Assembly: GCA_964388445.1 (NCBI GenBank)
Contig: CAYMAI010000006.1
Coordinates: 24,182 to 88,181, forward strand
From: an uncultured Planctomycetia bacterium
GTDB taxonomy: Bacteria; 4484-113; JAGGVC01
DNA: 64,000 bases
Direction of reading: 5' to 3'
The notes under the pieces were generated by a model that worked only from the letters and a program-made list of their open reading frames with translations, did not search any database and was not told the DNA's origin. The position numbers and the translations under genes were made by a program. Shown piece by piece: positions 8,775 through 18,120 of the stretch (the first letter of the stretch is position 1; the number at the start of each line of letters is the position of its first letter).

Positions 8775-10133
8775 ATGTTTGGCAAAGCGGTAAAAGTTAA
8801 ACGGGACGCGGGCGACGTTCTTGCGCTCGGGTTCGGAATCAGCGCGCTCACGTGGGCCGTGGGCTATGTTACGCATATTCCGGGCGTGGACGCGCCTCCG
8901 CAGGCGGTGTTCGCGCTGCTCGTCATCGCGATTTTCGCGGGCGGATTTTTCGCGGGAAAACACAGCTCCCGCGGCGCCGGAGCCGGATTTCTTGCGGGGC
9001 TTATCGCGTCATTAGTGAACCTGCTCATTCTCGGCAGCGTGATTTCGGAAGGCGGCGGAATGCGCGCCGCCGCGATGTTTATCCCCGGCTCGATTATGGG
9101 AACGGCGTTTATCGCTTTTCTCGGCGCGCTTATCGGGGCGCGCAAATATACAGCCGAAAACGAACCTTCAAGCTGGAACAGCGTGTTCGGATGGGTGCTG
9201 GCGGGCGAAACGCTGATGCTCTTGACGGTGGGCGGCCTCGTCACGAGCGCGTACGCCGGGCTGGCGGTCGTGGATTGGCCGAACACTTTCGGCAGCAATA
9301 TGTTTCTTTTTCCGCTCGCCAAAATGACGGGCGGGATTTATTTCGAGCATGCGCACAGGTTGTTCGGCACGCTCGTTGGGCTTACTACGCTCGTTTACGC
9401 GATTAGGATTACGGCGTCCGAAACGAGAAGAAGACTTAAAGGATTCGCGTGGCTGGCGTTCGCCGCCGTCGCGGTTCAGGGAATACTCGGCGGGCTTCGA
9501 GTCACCGGCGTGTTCACGATGAGTTCGAATCCGGAAGACACCGCGCCGAGCCTAGTCCTTGCGGTCGTTCACGGCGTTTTCGGACAGGTGTTTTTCGCGA
9601 TGACGGTTGCGCTTGCGATTTTCACGGCAGGGTGGTGGAGTAAAGACATTCCGCTCGCTAATGTCAAATCGCCGCAGCTCGACCGGAAGCTGTCCGTGTT
9701 TCTCGTGCCGATGGCGATTATTCAAATATTGCTCGGCGCGATTCTCCGGCATTTCACGGGCGGGCTGCACCTTCATATTACATTCGCGGTCGTGCTATCG
9801 GCCGTGGGAATATATGCCGGCGCGCGCGCATGGGCGAATTACGCGGAACAAAAGGCAATCTTGAAAACCGGCCTGTCGCTTATGCATACGCTGGGGGTTC
9901 AGCTTGCGCTTGGATTTGCCGCGCTTATCGCCACCGGCGGATTCACGGCGCCGGTCGAGGCGCAGCAGGCGGTTCAAGAAACCGGCGAAGTGACGGTTCA
10001 CGTTTGGCGGCTTATAGTTCCGACGCTGCATCAGGTTACCGGAGCGCTTATCCTTGCGCTTTGCGTCATGCTTGCGGTTTACGTTCACAGATTTACCGCG
10101 CCGGCCAAGATTAAACCGGAAATTAACAAATAG
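8775..10133 (+). CDS. ctaA: COX15/CtaA family heme A synthase with N-terminal membrane extension
   Basis: Core motifs VDWPNTFG, YFEHAHRLFG, VVHGVFGQ and LHQVTGAL. SD GGGAG lies 6 nt upstream of the ATG. About 125 extra N-terminal residues with predicted TM helices. Confidence 0.85.
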   Translation: MFGKAVKVKRDAGDVLALGFGISALTWAVGYVTHIPGVDAPPQAVFALLVIAIFAGGFFAGKHSSRGAGAGFLAGLIASLVNLLILGSVISEGGGMRAAAMFIPGSIMGTAFIAFLGALIGARKYTAENEPSSWNSVFGWVLAGETLMLLTVGGLVTSAYAGLAVVDWPNTFGSNMFLFPLAKMTGGIYFEHAHRLFGTLVGLTTLVYAIRITASETRRRLKGFAWLAFAAVAVQGILGGLRVTGVFTMSSNPEDTAPSLVLAVVHGVFGQVFFAMTVALAIFTAGWWSKDIPLANVKSPQLDRKLSVFLVPMAIIQILLGAILRHFTGGLHLHITFAVVLSAVGIYAGARAWANYAEQKAILKTGLSLMHTLGVQLALGFAALIATGGFTAPVEAQQAVQETGEVTVHVWRLIVPTLHQVTGALILALCVMLAVYVHRFTAPAKIKPEINK

Positions 10134-10149
10134 CCGCTCGAAACCTTTC

Positions 10150-10171
10150 GCTAACCGAACCTTAACATTGT
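10150..10171 (+). promoter_or_regulatory. candidate Pho box upstream of phoB
   Basis: Direct hexamers CTAACC (10150) and TTAACA (10161) 11 bp apart, 45-65 nt upstream of the phoB ATG. Same hexamer family as upstream of pstS. Confidence 0.35.
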
Positions 10172-10215
10172 TGGCTTTTCATTGGAGCGGGTTAATTTTA
10201 GGGTTAGGAATTTAT

Positions 10216-10905
10216 ATGGCGAGAGAATCGATTTTGGTGGTTGACGACGAAAGCGACATCCTCGAACTCGTGCGCTACAACCTGATGAAGGAAGGATATC
10301 GCGTAACTTGCGTGAAAACGGGCGAGGACGCGATGCGCTCGGTGAAAACGAAATTGCCCGAACTCGTGGTGCTCGATTTGATGCTTCCCGAAATGGACGG
10401 GCTGGAAGTTTGCCGCAAGCTTAAATCGAACCCGGAGACTTCGCAAATTCCGGTTTTGATGCTCACGGCGAAATCGGAAGACGTGGACGTAGTGACCGGG
10501 CTTGAAATCGGGGCGGACGATTACATCGCGAAACCGTTCAGCCCGCGCGTGCTTATCGCGCGAGTGCGCGCGGCGCTGCGCAGAAAGCGGGGCGAAGGCA
10601 AGCTGGGCGGAGAAGTAATCAGCATGCACGGGCTTACGATTCATCCGGGGAGGCGGGAAGTGACATACGGCTCGAAAAAAATCGAGCTTACGTTCACCGA
10701 ATTCGGCATATTGCATCTTCTCGCGAGCAAGCCGGGATGGGTGCTGTCACGGCAGGAAATTACCGAGTCGGTAGGCGAGGGAAGGCTTGACGTGACGGAC
10801 CGGGCGGTCGACGTGCACGTGGCGGGGCTGCGCAAAAAGCTCGGCCCGAAAGCGGGAGCGCTTATCGAAACCGTGCGCGGCGCCGGTTACCGTTTCAAGG
10901 AGTAA
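10216..10905 (+). CDS. phoB: OmpR/PhoB-family response regulator
   Basis: Receiver motif ILVVDDE...LDLMLPEMDG plus winged-helix output domain (RAVDVHVAGLRKKL, TVRGAGYRF). Sits next to phoR and pstSCAB-phoU. The ORF-track 5' extension (10054) overlaps ctaA and is rejected. Confidence 0.88.
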   Translation: MARESILVVDDESDILELVRYNLMKEGYRVTCVKTGEDAMRSVKTKLPELVVLDLMLPEMDGLEVCRKLKSNPETSQIPVLMLTAKSEDVDVVTGLEIGADDYIAKPFSPRVLIARVRAALRRKRGEGKLGGEVISMHGLTIHPGRREVTYGSKKIELTFTEFGILHLLASKPGWVLSRQEITESVGEGRLDVTDRAVDVHVAGLRKKLGPKAGALIETVRGAGYRFKE

Positions 10906-10916
10906 AATAGCCTTCG

Positions 10917-12704
10917 ATGCCGCATAGAAAAAGGCGCAAGCTGCTCTGGCAGCTTTTTCCTACCTACGTTTTCGTCGTGGCGATTTCGCTCGCCGCATCG
11001 GCCTGGTACGGCGCGCGGACGTTCGAAAGCGCGTACATGGCGAGCCTGGGCAGAAATCTCGAAGCGCGGGCGCGGGTGGTCGGCCGTGCGCTGGAGAACC
11101 TTCAGACGCTCGACGCGGCATCCGCCGATGCCGTATGCAAATCGTACGGCGAACTTACCGCGACGCGCATTACCGCGATACTTTTGGACGGAACGGTTGT
11201 CGGCGACAGCGAAAAGAACCCGGCGGAAATGGAAAACCATGGTCTGCGCGACGAGTTTCTTCAGGCGGTCAAAAACGGCGCGGGAAGCGCGGTCAGAGAC
11301 AGCGCGTCCGTCCACCGCGAAATGATGTACGTCGCGATTTATCACGACGGCGCGGCCGGCGGGCCTGATTTCGTCGTGCGCACCGCGATTTCGCTGTCGG
11401 AAGTAAAGGCCGCGATGGGCAAAGTTTATTCGCGCGTGTTTCTTTTCGGGCTTACGATACTTGTTTTGTCCGCGGCGATAAGCGTTTATCTCACGCGGCG
11501 AACGACGCGGCAAATTGACGCGTTAACCGAATCGGCCGAAAGGTATGCCGACGGAAAACTGGACCGGGAAATCGAAACGAGCGAGCATGCTAGCGAAGAA
11601 CTCGCCGTGCTTTCGAACGCGCTTTCGAGGATGGCATCGGAGCTTAAGCGAAGAATCGACACTTCGGAAAGGGAACGGGCCGAGCTTTCGGCGGTGCTTT
11701 CCGCGATGGTCGAAGGGGTAATCGCCGTTGACCGGGAAGGAAAGATCATCACGATAAACCCAGCCGCAAGCGCGCTTGCCGAAACGGGCGGCAAACCGGC
11801 GATTGGGCGGACGATTTTCGAAGTGGCGAGGCATGCCGAATTTCAGCGGTTCATAACCGAGGCGCTTAAAACTGGCATGGCGGCGGAGAAGGAAATCACG
11901 CTCACTAAGGACAGCGACAGAATCATTAAAATTACCGGCACGCCGCTTCCCGGCGGCGCGGGCGCGCTGTTCGTCATGGACGACGTGACGCGGCTTAGAA
12001 AGCTGGAAAACGTCCGGCGCGAATTCGTGGCGAACGTATCGCACGAGCTTAAAACGCCGATAACCTCAATCAAGGGTTTCGTCGAAACTCTGCTCGACGG
12101 AGCGATGGACGACGAAGAAGCGAAAGTGAAGTTTCTCGAAATTATCAAAAAGCAAAGCGACAGGCTGCAGGCGATTATCGAAGATTTGTTGCAGCTTGCG
12201 CGGGTGGAGCAGGCGGCGGAAGAAAGCGCGCTGGAGCTTGGCGAAATTTCGCTTAGGCAAGTTGCCGCGGCGGCAATCGACGGATGTTTTGCGCGGGCGG
12301 CGAAGACCCGGCCGGAAGCGGTTTTGGAGTGTCCGGGGGATATTCGAGTGCTGGCGAACGGCGCTCTCCTTGAGCTTGCGATTGTAAATTTGATCGACAA
12401 TGCGATCAAATACGGGGGCGGCGGGGGAAAGGTGACGGTGTCGTGCAAAAAGGAAGGCGCCTGCGCGGTGGTCAGCGTGGCGGACGAGGGGCCGGGAATT
12501 CCGAAGGAACATTTGGGCAGGCTTTTCGAGCGGTTTTACAGGGTGGACAGGGCGAGAAGCCGGGACGTGGGCGGCACTGGACTTGGGCTCGCGATCGTTA
12601 AACACATCGCACTCGCCCACGGGGGAGCGGTTTTCGTGGAAAGCGAGCCGGGCAAAGGCTCGGTGTTTTCAATACGCATCAGGCTTGCGGACTTAAGCGA
12701 GTAA
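10917..12704 (+). CDS. phoR: PhoR-type sensor histidine kinase
   Basis: Two TM segments, HAMP and PAS regions, H-box FVANVSHELKTP, N-box NLIDNAIKYG, and G-boxes DEGPGI and GGTGLGLAI. Confidence 0.88.
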   Translation: MPHRKRRKLLWQLFPTYVFVVAISLAASAWYGARTFESAYMASLGRNLEARARVVGRALENLQTLDAASADAVCKSYGELTATRITAILLDGTVVGDSEKNPAEMENHGLRDEFLQAVKNGAGSAVRDSASVHREMMYVAIYHDGAAGGPDFVVRTAISLSEVKAAMGKVYSRVFLFGLTILVLSAAISVYLTRRTTRQIDALTESAERYADGKLDREIETSEHASEELAVLSNALSRMASELKRRIDTSERERAELSAVLSAMVEGVIAVDREGKIITINPAASALAETGGKPAIGRTIFEVARHAEFQRFITEALKTGMAAEKEITLTKDSDRIIKITGTPLPGGAGALFVMDDVTRLRKLENVRREFVANVSHELKTPITSIKGFVETLLDGAMDDEEAKVKFLEIIKKQSDRLQAIIEDLLQLARVEQAAEESALELGEISLRQVAAAAIDGCFARAAKTRPEAVLECPGDIRVLANGALLELAIVNLIDNAIKYGGGGGKVTVSCKKEGACAVVSVADEGPGIPKEHLGRLFERFYRVDRARSRDVGGTGLGLAIVKHIALAHGGAVFVESEPGKGSVFSIRIRLADLSE

Positions 12705-12750
12705 TCCGCCGCAAACCCGCGCGGAAAATATTTCCGGCGTTAAAAAGCTC

Positions 12751-12783
12751 TTAACGAAATCCTAACGAAACTTCACGAAGATT
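12751..12783 (+). promoter_or_regulatory. candidate Pho box array upstream of pstS
   Basis: Three direct repeats TTAACGAAATC / CTAACGAAAC / TTCACGAAGATT at 11- and 10-bp phasing, 46-78 nt upstream of the pstS ATG. Confidence 0.5.
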
Positions 12784-12828
12784 GAAGCGTCCGCTTGTCG
12801 CGGAACAAAATCCTGCGAGGTTTCAAAT

Positions 12829-13902
12829 ATGCAAGGAAGAACGAAATTGCGCGGCGCAGCCGCGATCTTGGTTTTCGGCGTTTTGCTGTTTACGCTTACC
12901 GCGTGTCCGAAGCCGGATGCGGGCGGCGGCTCGACGGCGGGAGGAGGAACTTCCGCGAGCGGAGGCGGAGAATCGAAACCGCCATCCGCACTTACGGGAC
13001 ACATCGCGGTCGACGGGTCGAGCACGGTTTATCCGATAACCGAAGCCGTCGCAGAGGAATTCGGGAAGGAGCATCCGAAGGTGCGTGTAACCGTGGGCAT
13101 TTCCGGCACGGGCGGCGGATTCAAGAAATTCGGGGCGGGCGAAACGGACATCAGCGACGCGTCGAGGCCGATAAAGGCGAGCGAAGCGGAAATGTGCGAA
13201 AAGAACGGAATCGAATACGTTGAAATACCGGTCGCGTACGACGGACTAAGCGTGGTCGTCAATCCCAAAAACGACTGGTGCGATAGCCTGACGGTGGACG
13301 AGCTTCACAGAATTTGGGCGCCGGACAGCAAAATCAAAAGGTGGAGCGAAGTCAGAAACGGCTGGCCGGACAAGCCGCTGAATCTTTACGGGCCGGGTAC
13401 GGACAGCGGCACGTTCGATTATTTCACGGAGGCGATTAACGGCAAAAGCGGAGATATTCGCCCGGACTTTACCGCGAGCGAAGACGACAACGTGCTCGTT
13501 CAAGGCGTCGCCGGAGACGAAGGCGCGATGGGATTTTTCGGATATGCGTACTATCACGAAAACCGGGACAAACTAACCGTCGTGCCGATTGACGGAGGGG
13601 ACGGTCCGGTGGCTCCGTCGGAACTTACGATAAACAACGGCACCTATCAGCCGCTTTCGAGGCCGATTTTCATTTACGTCAAGAATTCATCCATAGACCG
13701 CGCGGAAGTAAACGAATTCGTCGAATATTACATTCAAAACGCCGCCGCTCTCGTGGGCGACGTGGGCTATATTCCGCTGCCGGACGAGGCGTACAGGCTT
13801 ACGATGGCCAGATTCGCCGCCCGCAAAACCGGCAGCGTGTTCGGAGCCGAGGGCGCGCAAGTCGGCGTCAAAATCGAAGACATACTCGCTTTGGAACAAT
13901 AG
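12829..13902 (+). CDS. pstS: phosphate ABC transporter substrate-binding lipoprotein PstS
   Basis: Lipobox LTAC. Motifs [12 protein letters not shown] and [12 protein letters not shown]. Lies upstream of pstCAB. Confidence 0.92.
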   Translation: MQGRTKLRGAAAILVFGVLLFTLTACPKPDAGGGSTAGGGTSASGGGESKPPSALTGHIAVDGSSTVYPITEAVAEEFGKEHPKVRVTVGISGTGGGFKKFGAGETDISDASRPIKASEAEMCEKNGIEYVEIPVAYDGLSVVVNPKNDWCDSLTVDELHRIWAPDSKIKRWSEVRNGWPDKPLNLYGPGTDSGTFDYFTEAINGKSGDIRPDFTASEDDNVLVQGVAGDEGAMGFFGYAYYHENRDKLTVVPIDGGDGPVAPSELTINNGTYQPLSRPIFIYVKNSSIDRAEVNEFVEYYIQNAAALVGDVGYIPLPDEAYRLTMARFAARKTGSVFGAEGAQVGVKIEDILALEQ

Positions 13903-13925
13903 CCGGAGAGGCGCGTTAAAACGAA

Positions 13926-14894
13926 TTGAAATACCTGCGCGAATTACTGAAAATGTCCTTTGCCGAAAGCGGCGCGACGGTTGCCGACCCGCCCTCATTT
14001 CCGCTCGGCAGAAGGCGAATCAAATGGGGGGAGCTTTTAATACAGCTCCTCCTTTTCGCATGCGCGGCAGTAACCGTTATAACGACGATTGGCATCGTGT
14101 TCGTGCTTTTGGACGAAACCGTAAGGTTTTTCACGGAAGTTTCCATCGCCGAATTCTTGACCGGGACGACTTGGACGGCATGGTTCAACGATCCGAAGTA
14201 CGGCGTGCTGCCGCTCGTCAACGGCACGTTTCTCGTTGCAATCGGCGCGGGCGTAATAGCTATTCCGCTGGGTTTAATGACCGCGATTTACCTTACGGAA
14301 TACGCGACGCACAAAGTAAGGCGTTTGCTCAAGCCGATTCTCGAAGTGCTCGCGGGAGTGCCGACCGTCGTTTACGGCTATTTCGCGCTGACCACCATTA
14401 CGCCGCTTCTGCAAAAGCTCATTCCGCAGACCCAGGTTTTCAACGCGGCGAGCGCGGCGATAGTGGTCGGGATAATGATTCTTCCCACGGTCGCTTCGCT
14501 TTGCGACGACGCGTTCGCCGCCGTGCCGAAATCGCTTCGGGACGCGGGATATTCGCTTGGCGCAACCAAATTCGAAGTGGCGAAAGGCGTGGTGCTTCCG
14601 GCGGCGCTGTCGGGAGTTTTCGCGTCGTTCGTGCTGGCGCTGGCCCGCGCCGTTGGCGAAACGATGGCGGTGGCGATGGCCGCGGGCGCGACGCCGAAAA
14701 TGACGCTGAACGCGCTCGAAAGCGTTCAGACGATGACCGGTTACATCGTGCAGGTGAGCCTGGGCGATACGCCGCACGGCACCACGGTTTATCATTCGAT
14801 TTTCGCTGTCGGTTTTCTTCTTTTTCTAATAACGCTCGTGATGAACATCGTCTCGCATTGGGTCATCAGGCGCTATAGGGAAACTTACGAGTAA
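13926..14894 (+). CDS. pstC: phosphate ABC transporter permease PstC
   Basis: Polytopic membrane protein with the EAA-type loop [15 protein letters not shown]. The alternative ATG start at 13953 is possible. Confidence 0.9.
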   Translation: MKYLRELLKMSFAESGATVADPPSFPLGRRRIKWGELLIQLLLFACAAVTVITTIGIVFVLLDETVRFFTEVSIAEFLTGTTWTAWFNDPKYGVLPLVNGTFLVAIGAGVIAIPLGLMTAIYLTEYATHKVRRLLKPILEVLAGVPTVVYGYFALTTITPLLQKLIPQTQVFNAASAAIVVGIMILPTVASLCDDAFAAVPKSLRDAGYSLGATKFEVAKGVVLPAALSGVFASFVLALARAVGETMAVAMAAGATPKMTLNALESVQTMTGYIVQVSLGDTPHGTTVYHSIFAVGFLLFLITLVMNIVSHWVIRRYRETYE

Positions 14895-14899
14895 AAAAC

Positions 14900-15763
14900 A
14901 TGTTCAGTCACAATATCGGCAAAAGACGGGCGTTCGAAAGGGCGATGAAAATCGCATTGCTTTGTTCGACCTATTTCGGAATCGTGCTTCTCGCGATTTT
15001 GCTCGTACGCATTTTCATGCAGGGCAGTTCGTTCCTTTCGTGGAATTTCCTCACCAGTTTTCCTTCCAGAAAGGCGGCGGACGCGGGAATTTTCGCCGCG
15101 CTTGCAGGCTCGCTGTGGCTTATCGTTTTGACGATTATCGTATCGGTGCCAATCGGGATTTTGACGGCGATATACCTCGAGGAATACGCGAAGAAAAACA
15201 AGCTGACGGCGCTTATCGAAATCAACATCGCGAATCTCGCCGGAGTGCCGTCAATAATTTACGGAATGCTCGGACTCGGGCTGTTCGTAAGATGGATGGA
15301 GCTTGGAAGAAGCGTTCTTGCCGGCGCGTTCACGATGACGCTGCTTGTTCTTCCCGTAATAATCATCGCTTCGCGCGAAGCGTTGCGCGCGGTGCCTGAT
15401 TCGATTCGGCACGCCGCGATAGCTCTCGGCGCTACGAGATGGCAGACCGTATGGCATCACGTGCTTCCGGCCGCGCTGCCGGGAATACTCACCGGAGTGA
15501 TACTTTCGGTTTCTCGCGCAATCGGCGAGACCGCCCCGCTTATAATGATCGGTGCGCTTACTTACGTCGCGTTCACGCCGAAACATCCGATGGATATGTT
15601 CACGGTATTGCCGATACAGGTTTTCAACTGGGCGTCGCGCCCGCAGGCGGATTTTCTCAATCTTGCGGCGGCGGGAATCATCGTTCTTCTTTTCGTGCTA
15701 CTCACTCTGAATTCGGTGGCGATAATCATCCGCACCAGATTTCAGAAATTCTTGAACTGGTAA
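14900..15763 (+). CDS. pstA: phosphate ABC transporter permease PstA
   Basis: Polytopic membrane protein with the loop [16 protein letters not shown], in operon position after pstC. Confidence 0.9.
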   Translation: MFSHNIGKRRAFERAMKIALLCSTYFGIVLLAILLVRIFMQGSSFLSWNFLTSFPSRKAADAGIFAALAGSLWLIVLTIIVSVPIGILTAIYLEEYAKKNKLTALIEINIANLAGVPSIIYGMLGLGLFVRWMELGRSVLAGAFTMTLLVLPVIIIASREALRAVPDSIRHAAIALGATRWQTVWHHVLPAALPGILTGVILSVSRAIGETAPLIMIGALTYVAFTPKHPMDMFTVLPIQVFNWASRPQADFLNLAAAGIIVLLFVLLTLNSVAIIIRTRFQKFLNW

Positions 15764-15767
15764 AGGT

Positions 15768-16538
15768 ATGGGCGAAAACGGCAAAGAAAATTCGTACGTA
15801 CTCGAAACGAGCGGCCTTACAATCCGCTACGGGACGAGCGCGGCGGTAAAAAACGTCACTTTGAAAATACCGCGGCACGAAGTTACCGCGATAATCGGGC
15901 CCTCGGGGTGCGGCAAGTCCACGCTATTGAGGGCGTTCAACAGGATGAACGACTTCGTGCCGAGCGTGAACATGGAAGGCGAGGTTTTGTTCCAAGGGCA
16001 GAACATATACGCGCCGAACGTGGACCCGGTAGAAGTTCGCCGCAGAATCGGGATGGTGTTTCAAAAACCCAATCCGTTTTCGAAATCGGTCTCGCAAAAC
16101 GTATCGTGGGGGCCGAAGATTAACGGTTATCGCGGCGATATCCGCGAACTCGTGGAAAACTCGCTGAAACGGGCGGCGCTTTGGAACGAAGTGAGGGACA
16201 AGCTGGAAGAGAGCGGGCTGTCGCTGTCGGGCGGCCAGCAGCAAAGGCTTTGCATCGCTCGTACGATAGCGATGGAGCCCGAAGTCATATTGATGGATGA
16301 GCCGTGCAGCGCGCTCGACCCGATTTCGACGGCGCGCATCGAAGATTTGATACTCGAACTTAAGGAAAAATACACGATAGTCATCGTCACTCACAACATG
16401 CAGCAGGCGGGTAGGGTTTCGAAATATACGGCGTTCATGTATGAAGGCGACTTGATAGAATTCGGGAAAACGAAGACGATATTCACGAATCCCGAACACA
16501 AGAAAACCGAAGACTATATTACCGGCCGGTTCGGGTAA
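15768..16538 (+). CDS. pstB: phosphate ABC transporter ATP-binding protein PstB
   Basis: Walker [10 protein letters not shown], signature [13 protein letters not shown], Walker B ILMDEP, and PstB-typical C-terminal YITGRFG. Confidence 0.95.
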   Translation: MGENGKENSYVLETSGLTIRYGTSAAVKNVTLKIPRHEVTAIIGPSGCGKSTLLRAFNRMNDFVPSVNMEGEVLFQGQNIYAPNVDPVEVRRRIGMVFQKPNPFSKSVSQNVSWGPKINGYRGDIRELVENSLKRAALWNEVRDKLEESGLSLSGGQQQRLCIARTIAMEPEVILMDEPCSALDPISTARIEDLILELKEKYTIVIVTHNMQQAGRVSKYTAFMYEGDLIEFGKTKTIFTNPEHKKTEDYITGRFG

Positions 16539-16555
16539 AGCGAGGTGCGGACTTG

Positions 16556-17227
16556 ATGGCATTACATTTGCAGCGTGAAATCGAAAAACTCAAAAAGCAG
16601 CTTCTTCACATATCGGCTATGGTGGAAGAGGATTTGCGCAAAGCCGTGCGCGCGTTCGAAAACGGAGACTTAAAACTGGCCGAACAGGTGTTCGCCGGAG
16701 ACGAGGAAATCGACCGGCTCGAAGTGGAACTCGAAGAAGATTGCCTCAAAGTTCTTGCGCTGCACCAGCCGGTTGCCATAGACCTGAGATTTATCATCGC
16801 GGTTCTTAAAATCAATCCGAGCCTTGAGCGCATCGGCGACTTCGCGGTCAAAATCGCGCGTGCGGCGGAGTTCACGCAGGCTTCCGGCCGCGATAAAAAA
16901 GCCGGGGAATTCATCGAAATGGCCGAGCTTACGCAGCGCTCGCTGAAACTAAGCATCGACGCGCTGATAGGCATGGACGCGGAGCTTGCGGAGGAAGTTC
17001 GCCGCGGAGACGCGGAAATCGACGAACTTAAGCACCGGATGAACGAACGCGTGCTTAGCGAAATGAAAAACGACCCGGCGCAAATCGATTTTTGCGTGAA
17101 GCTTCTCGGAGTGTCGCGCTACTTCGAGCGGGCGGCAGACCATGCCAGCTCGATAGCCGAGGACGTTATCTATTTGGTGAGCGGCGAAATCGTCCGGCAT
17201 CAGGATCAGAATTCGGACGGCGGATAG
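16556..17227 (+). CDS. phoU: phosphate signalling complex protein PhoU
   Basis: Two PhoU repeats (ERIGDFAVKIA and ERAADHASSIAEDV). Lies directly after pstB. I prefer the ATG at 16556 to the adjacent TTG at 16553. Confidence 0.92.
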   Translation: MALHLQREIEKLKKQLLHISAMVEEDLRKAVRAFENGDLKLAEQVFAGDEEIDRLEVELEEDCLKVLALHQPVAIDLRFIIAVLKINPSLERIGDFAVKIARAAEFTQASGRDKKAGEFIEMAELTQRSLKLSIDALIGMDAELAEEVRRGDAEIDELKHRMNERVLSEMKNDPAQIDFCVKLLGVSRYFERAADHASSIAEDVIYLVSGEIVRHQDQNSDGG

Positions 17228-17243
17228 CGTTTCGAGGAAGGCT

Positions 17244-17885
17244 CTAGTGCGCGTGAGCGGAAACCGGACGGGGATGAGCGGCTGGCGCCGATTCGAGCGC
17301 ATGCCCGGCATTCCTACCGCCGGCGGCGAATAGCGCCTCTACGTAGTGAACGAATTCGACGTATGCTTCGACGTACTCGCGTCCTTTTTCCACGCTGTCG
17401 TTTGCATGTTTTTTCGCTTCGAGTACACGCTCCAGCCGGCGCGAAATTCCATCCACCAAAAGAGCGTGAAGCGCGGGGAAAATCGCGTCGGGCTTGCCGG
17501 ATAAAATAGCCGCGTCTGCTTCCGCGACGCCGGGTTCGGACGGCGTTCCCGCCGGTTTGATGCCTGTGAACGGCGCGCCCTCGCCTTCGCGATGAATCCG
17601 GACCAGAGTTTCGAAAAAGTAGTTGTCGGCAAGCTTGGCCGCCTCCGGGCCGAGATTGCGTACTTTCATTACGTGGCTGAAAACGGCGCGTATTTCCGTT
17701 TCGTAATCGCTGCCGACCCATTTGAGAACCGGCGTGACGTCGCCCGAAGCGAGAGCGGACTCTGCGTCCGCGATTACCGGCCCGTCAAGAGTGTCGCAAT
17801 GCGCATAAGCCCTTGCCGGCATGGAAACCGCGATTGCTGCGAAAAACACCGCGGCAGCCACTGCCTTTAGTGCGAAGTTAATCAT
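17244..17885 (-). CDS. secreted DUF6448-like protein
   Basis: Signal peptide ending ARAYA, followed by HCDTLDGPV, FFETLVRIHREGEGAPFTGIKPAG. SD AGGAGG upstream of the ATG. The family name is from recollection. Confidence 0.65.
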   Translation of the reverse strand: MINFALKAVAAAVFFAAIAVSMPARAYAHCDTLDGPVIADAESALASGDVTPVLKWVGSDYETEIRAVFSHVMKVRNLGPEAAKLADNYFFETLVRIHREGEGAPFTGIKPAGTPSEPGVAEADAAILSGKPDAIFPALHALLVDGISRRLERVLEAKKHANDSVEKGREYVEAYVEFVHYVEALFAAGGRNAGHALESAPAAHPRPVSAHAH

Positions 17886-18120
17886 CCCATCCTCCTTTCG
17901 GCGAAAATCGCCGTTACGGGATTATATTCCCCGTAAAGCCGCCGGCAAACTTAAATTTAAGCGGCTTAGTGCCTAATTCCGGCTTTCACATAATACTCCG
18001 AATACTTGCCGAAATTATGCGTCTTACGGAAGAATGGCGCGCGGCGAAATTAAAGGTTTTGCCCATATTTTTCGGCATATTTCCGCATTCGAATTTCCTG
18101 CTATAATCCGGACTTCGGTT

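Noticed and set aside
10054-10215. 5' extensions of the phoB ORF (10054), the metal ABC ATPase ORF (24577), the pspA ORF (26320) and the LptD-like ORF (18034).
   Set aside because: The extensions overlap neighbouring genes or non-coding DNA and lack family similarity. Internal ATGs give canonical N-termini: a receiver domain, Walker A context, the PspA helix and a signal peptide.
18079-18107. A TATAAT hexamer at 18102-18107 as the promoter of the LptD-like gene.
   Set aside because: There is no acceptable -35 element at 16-18 nt spacing. The hexamer lies only 13 nt from the ATG, implying an almost leaderless mRNA. That is not enough support to annotate it.
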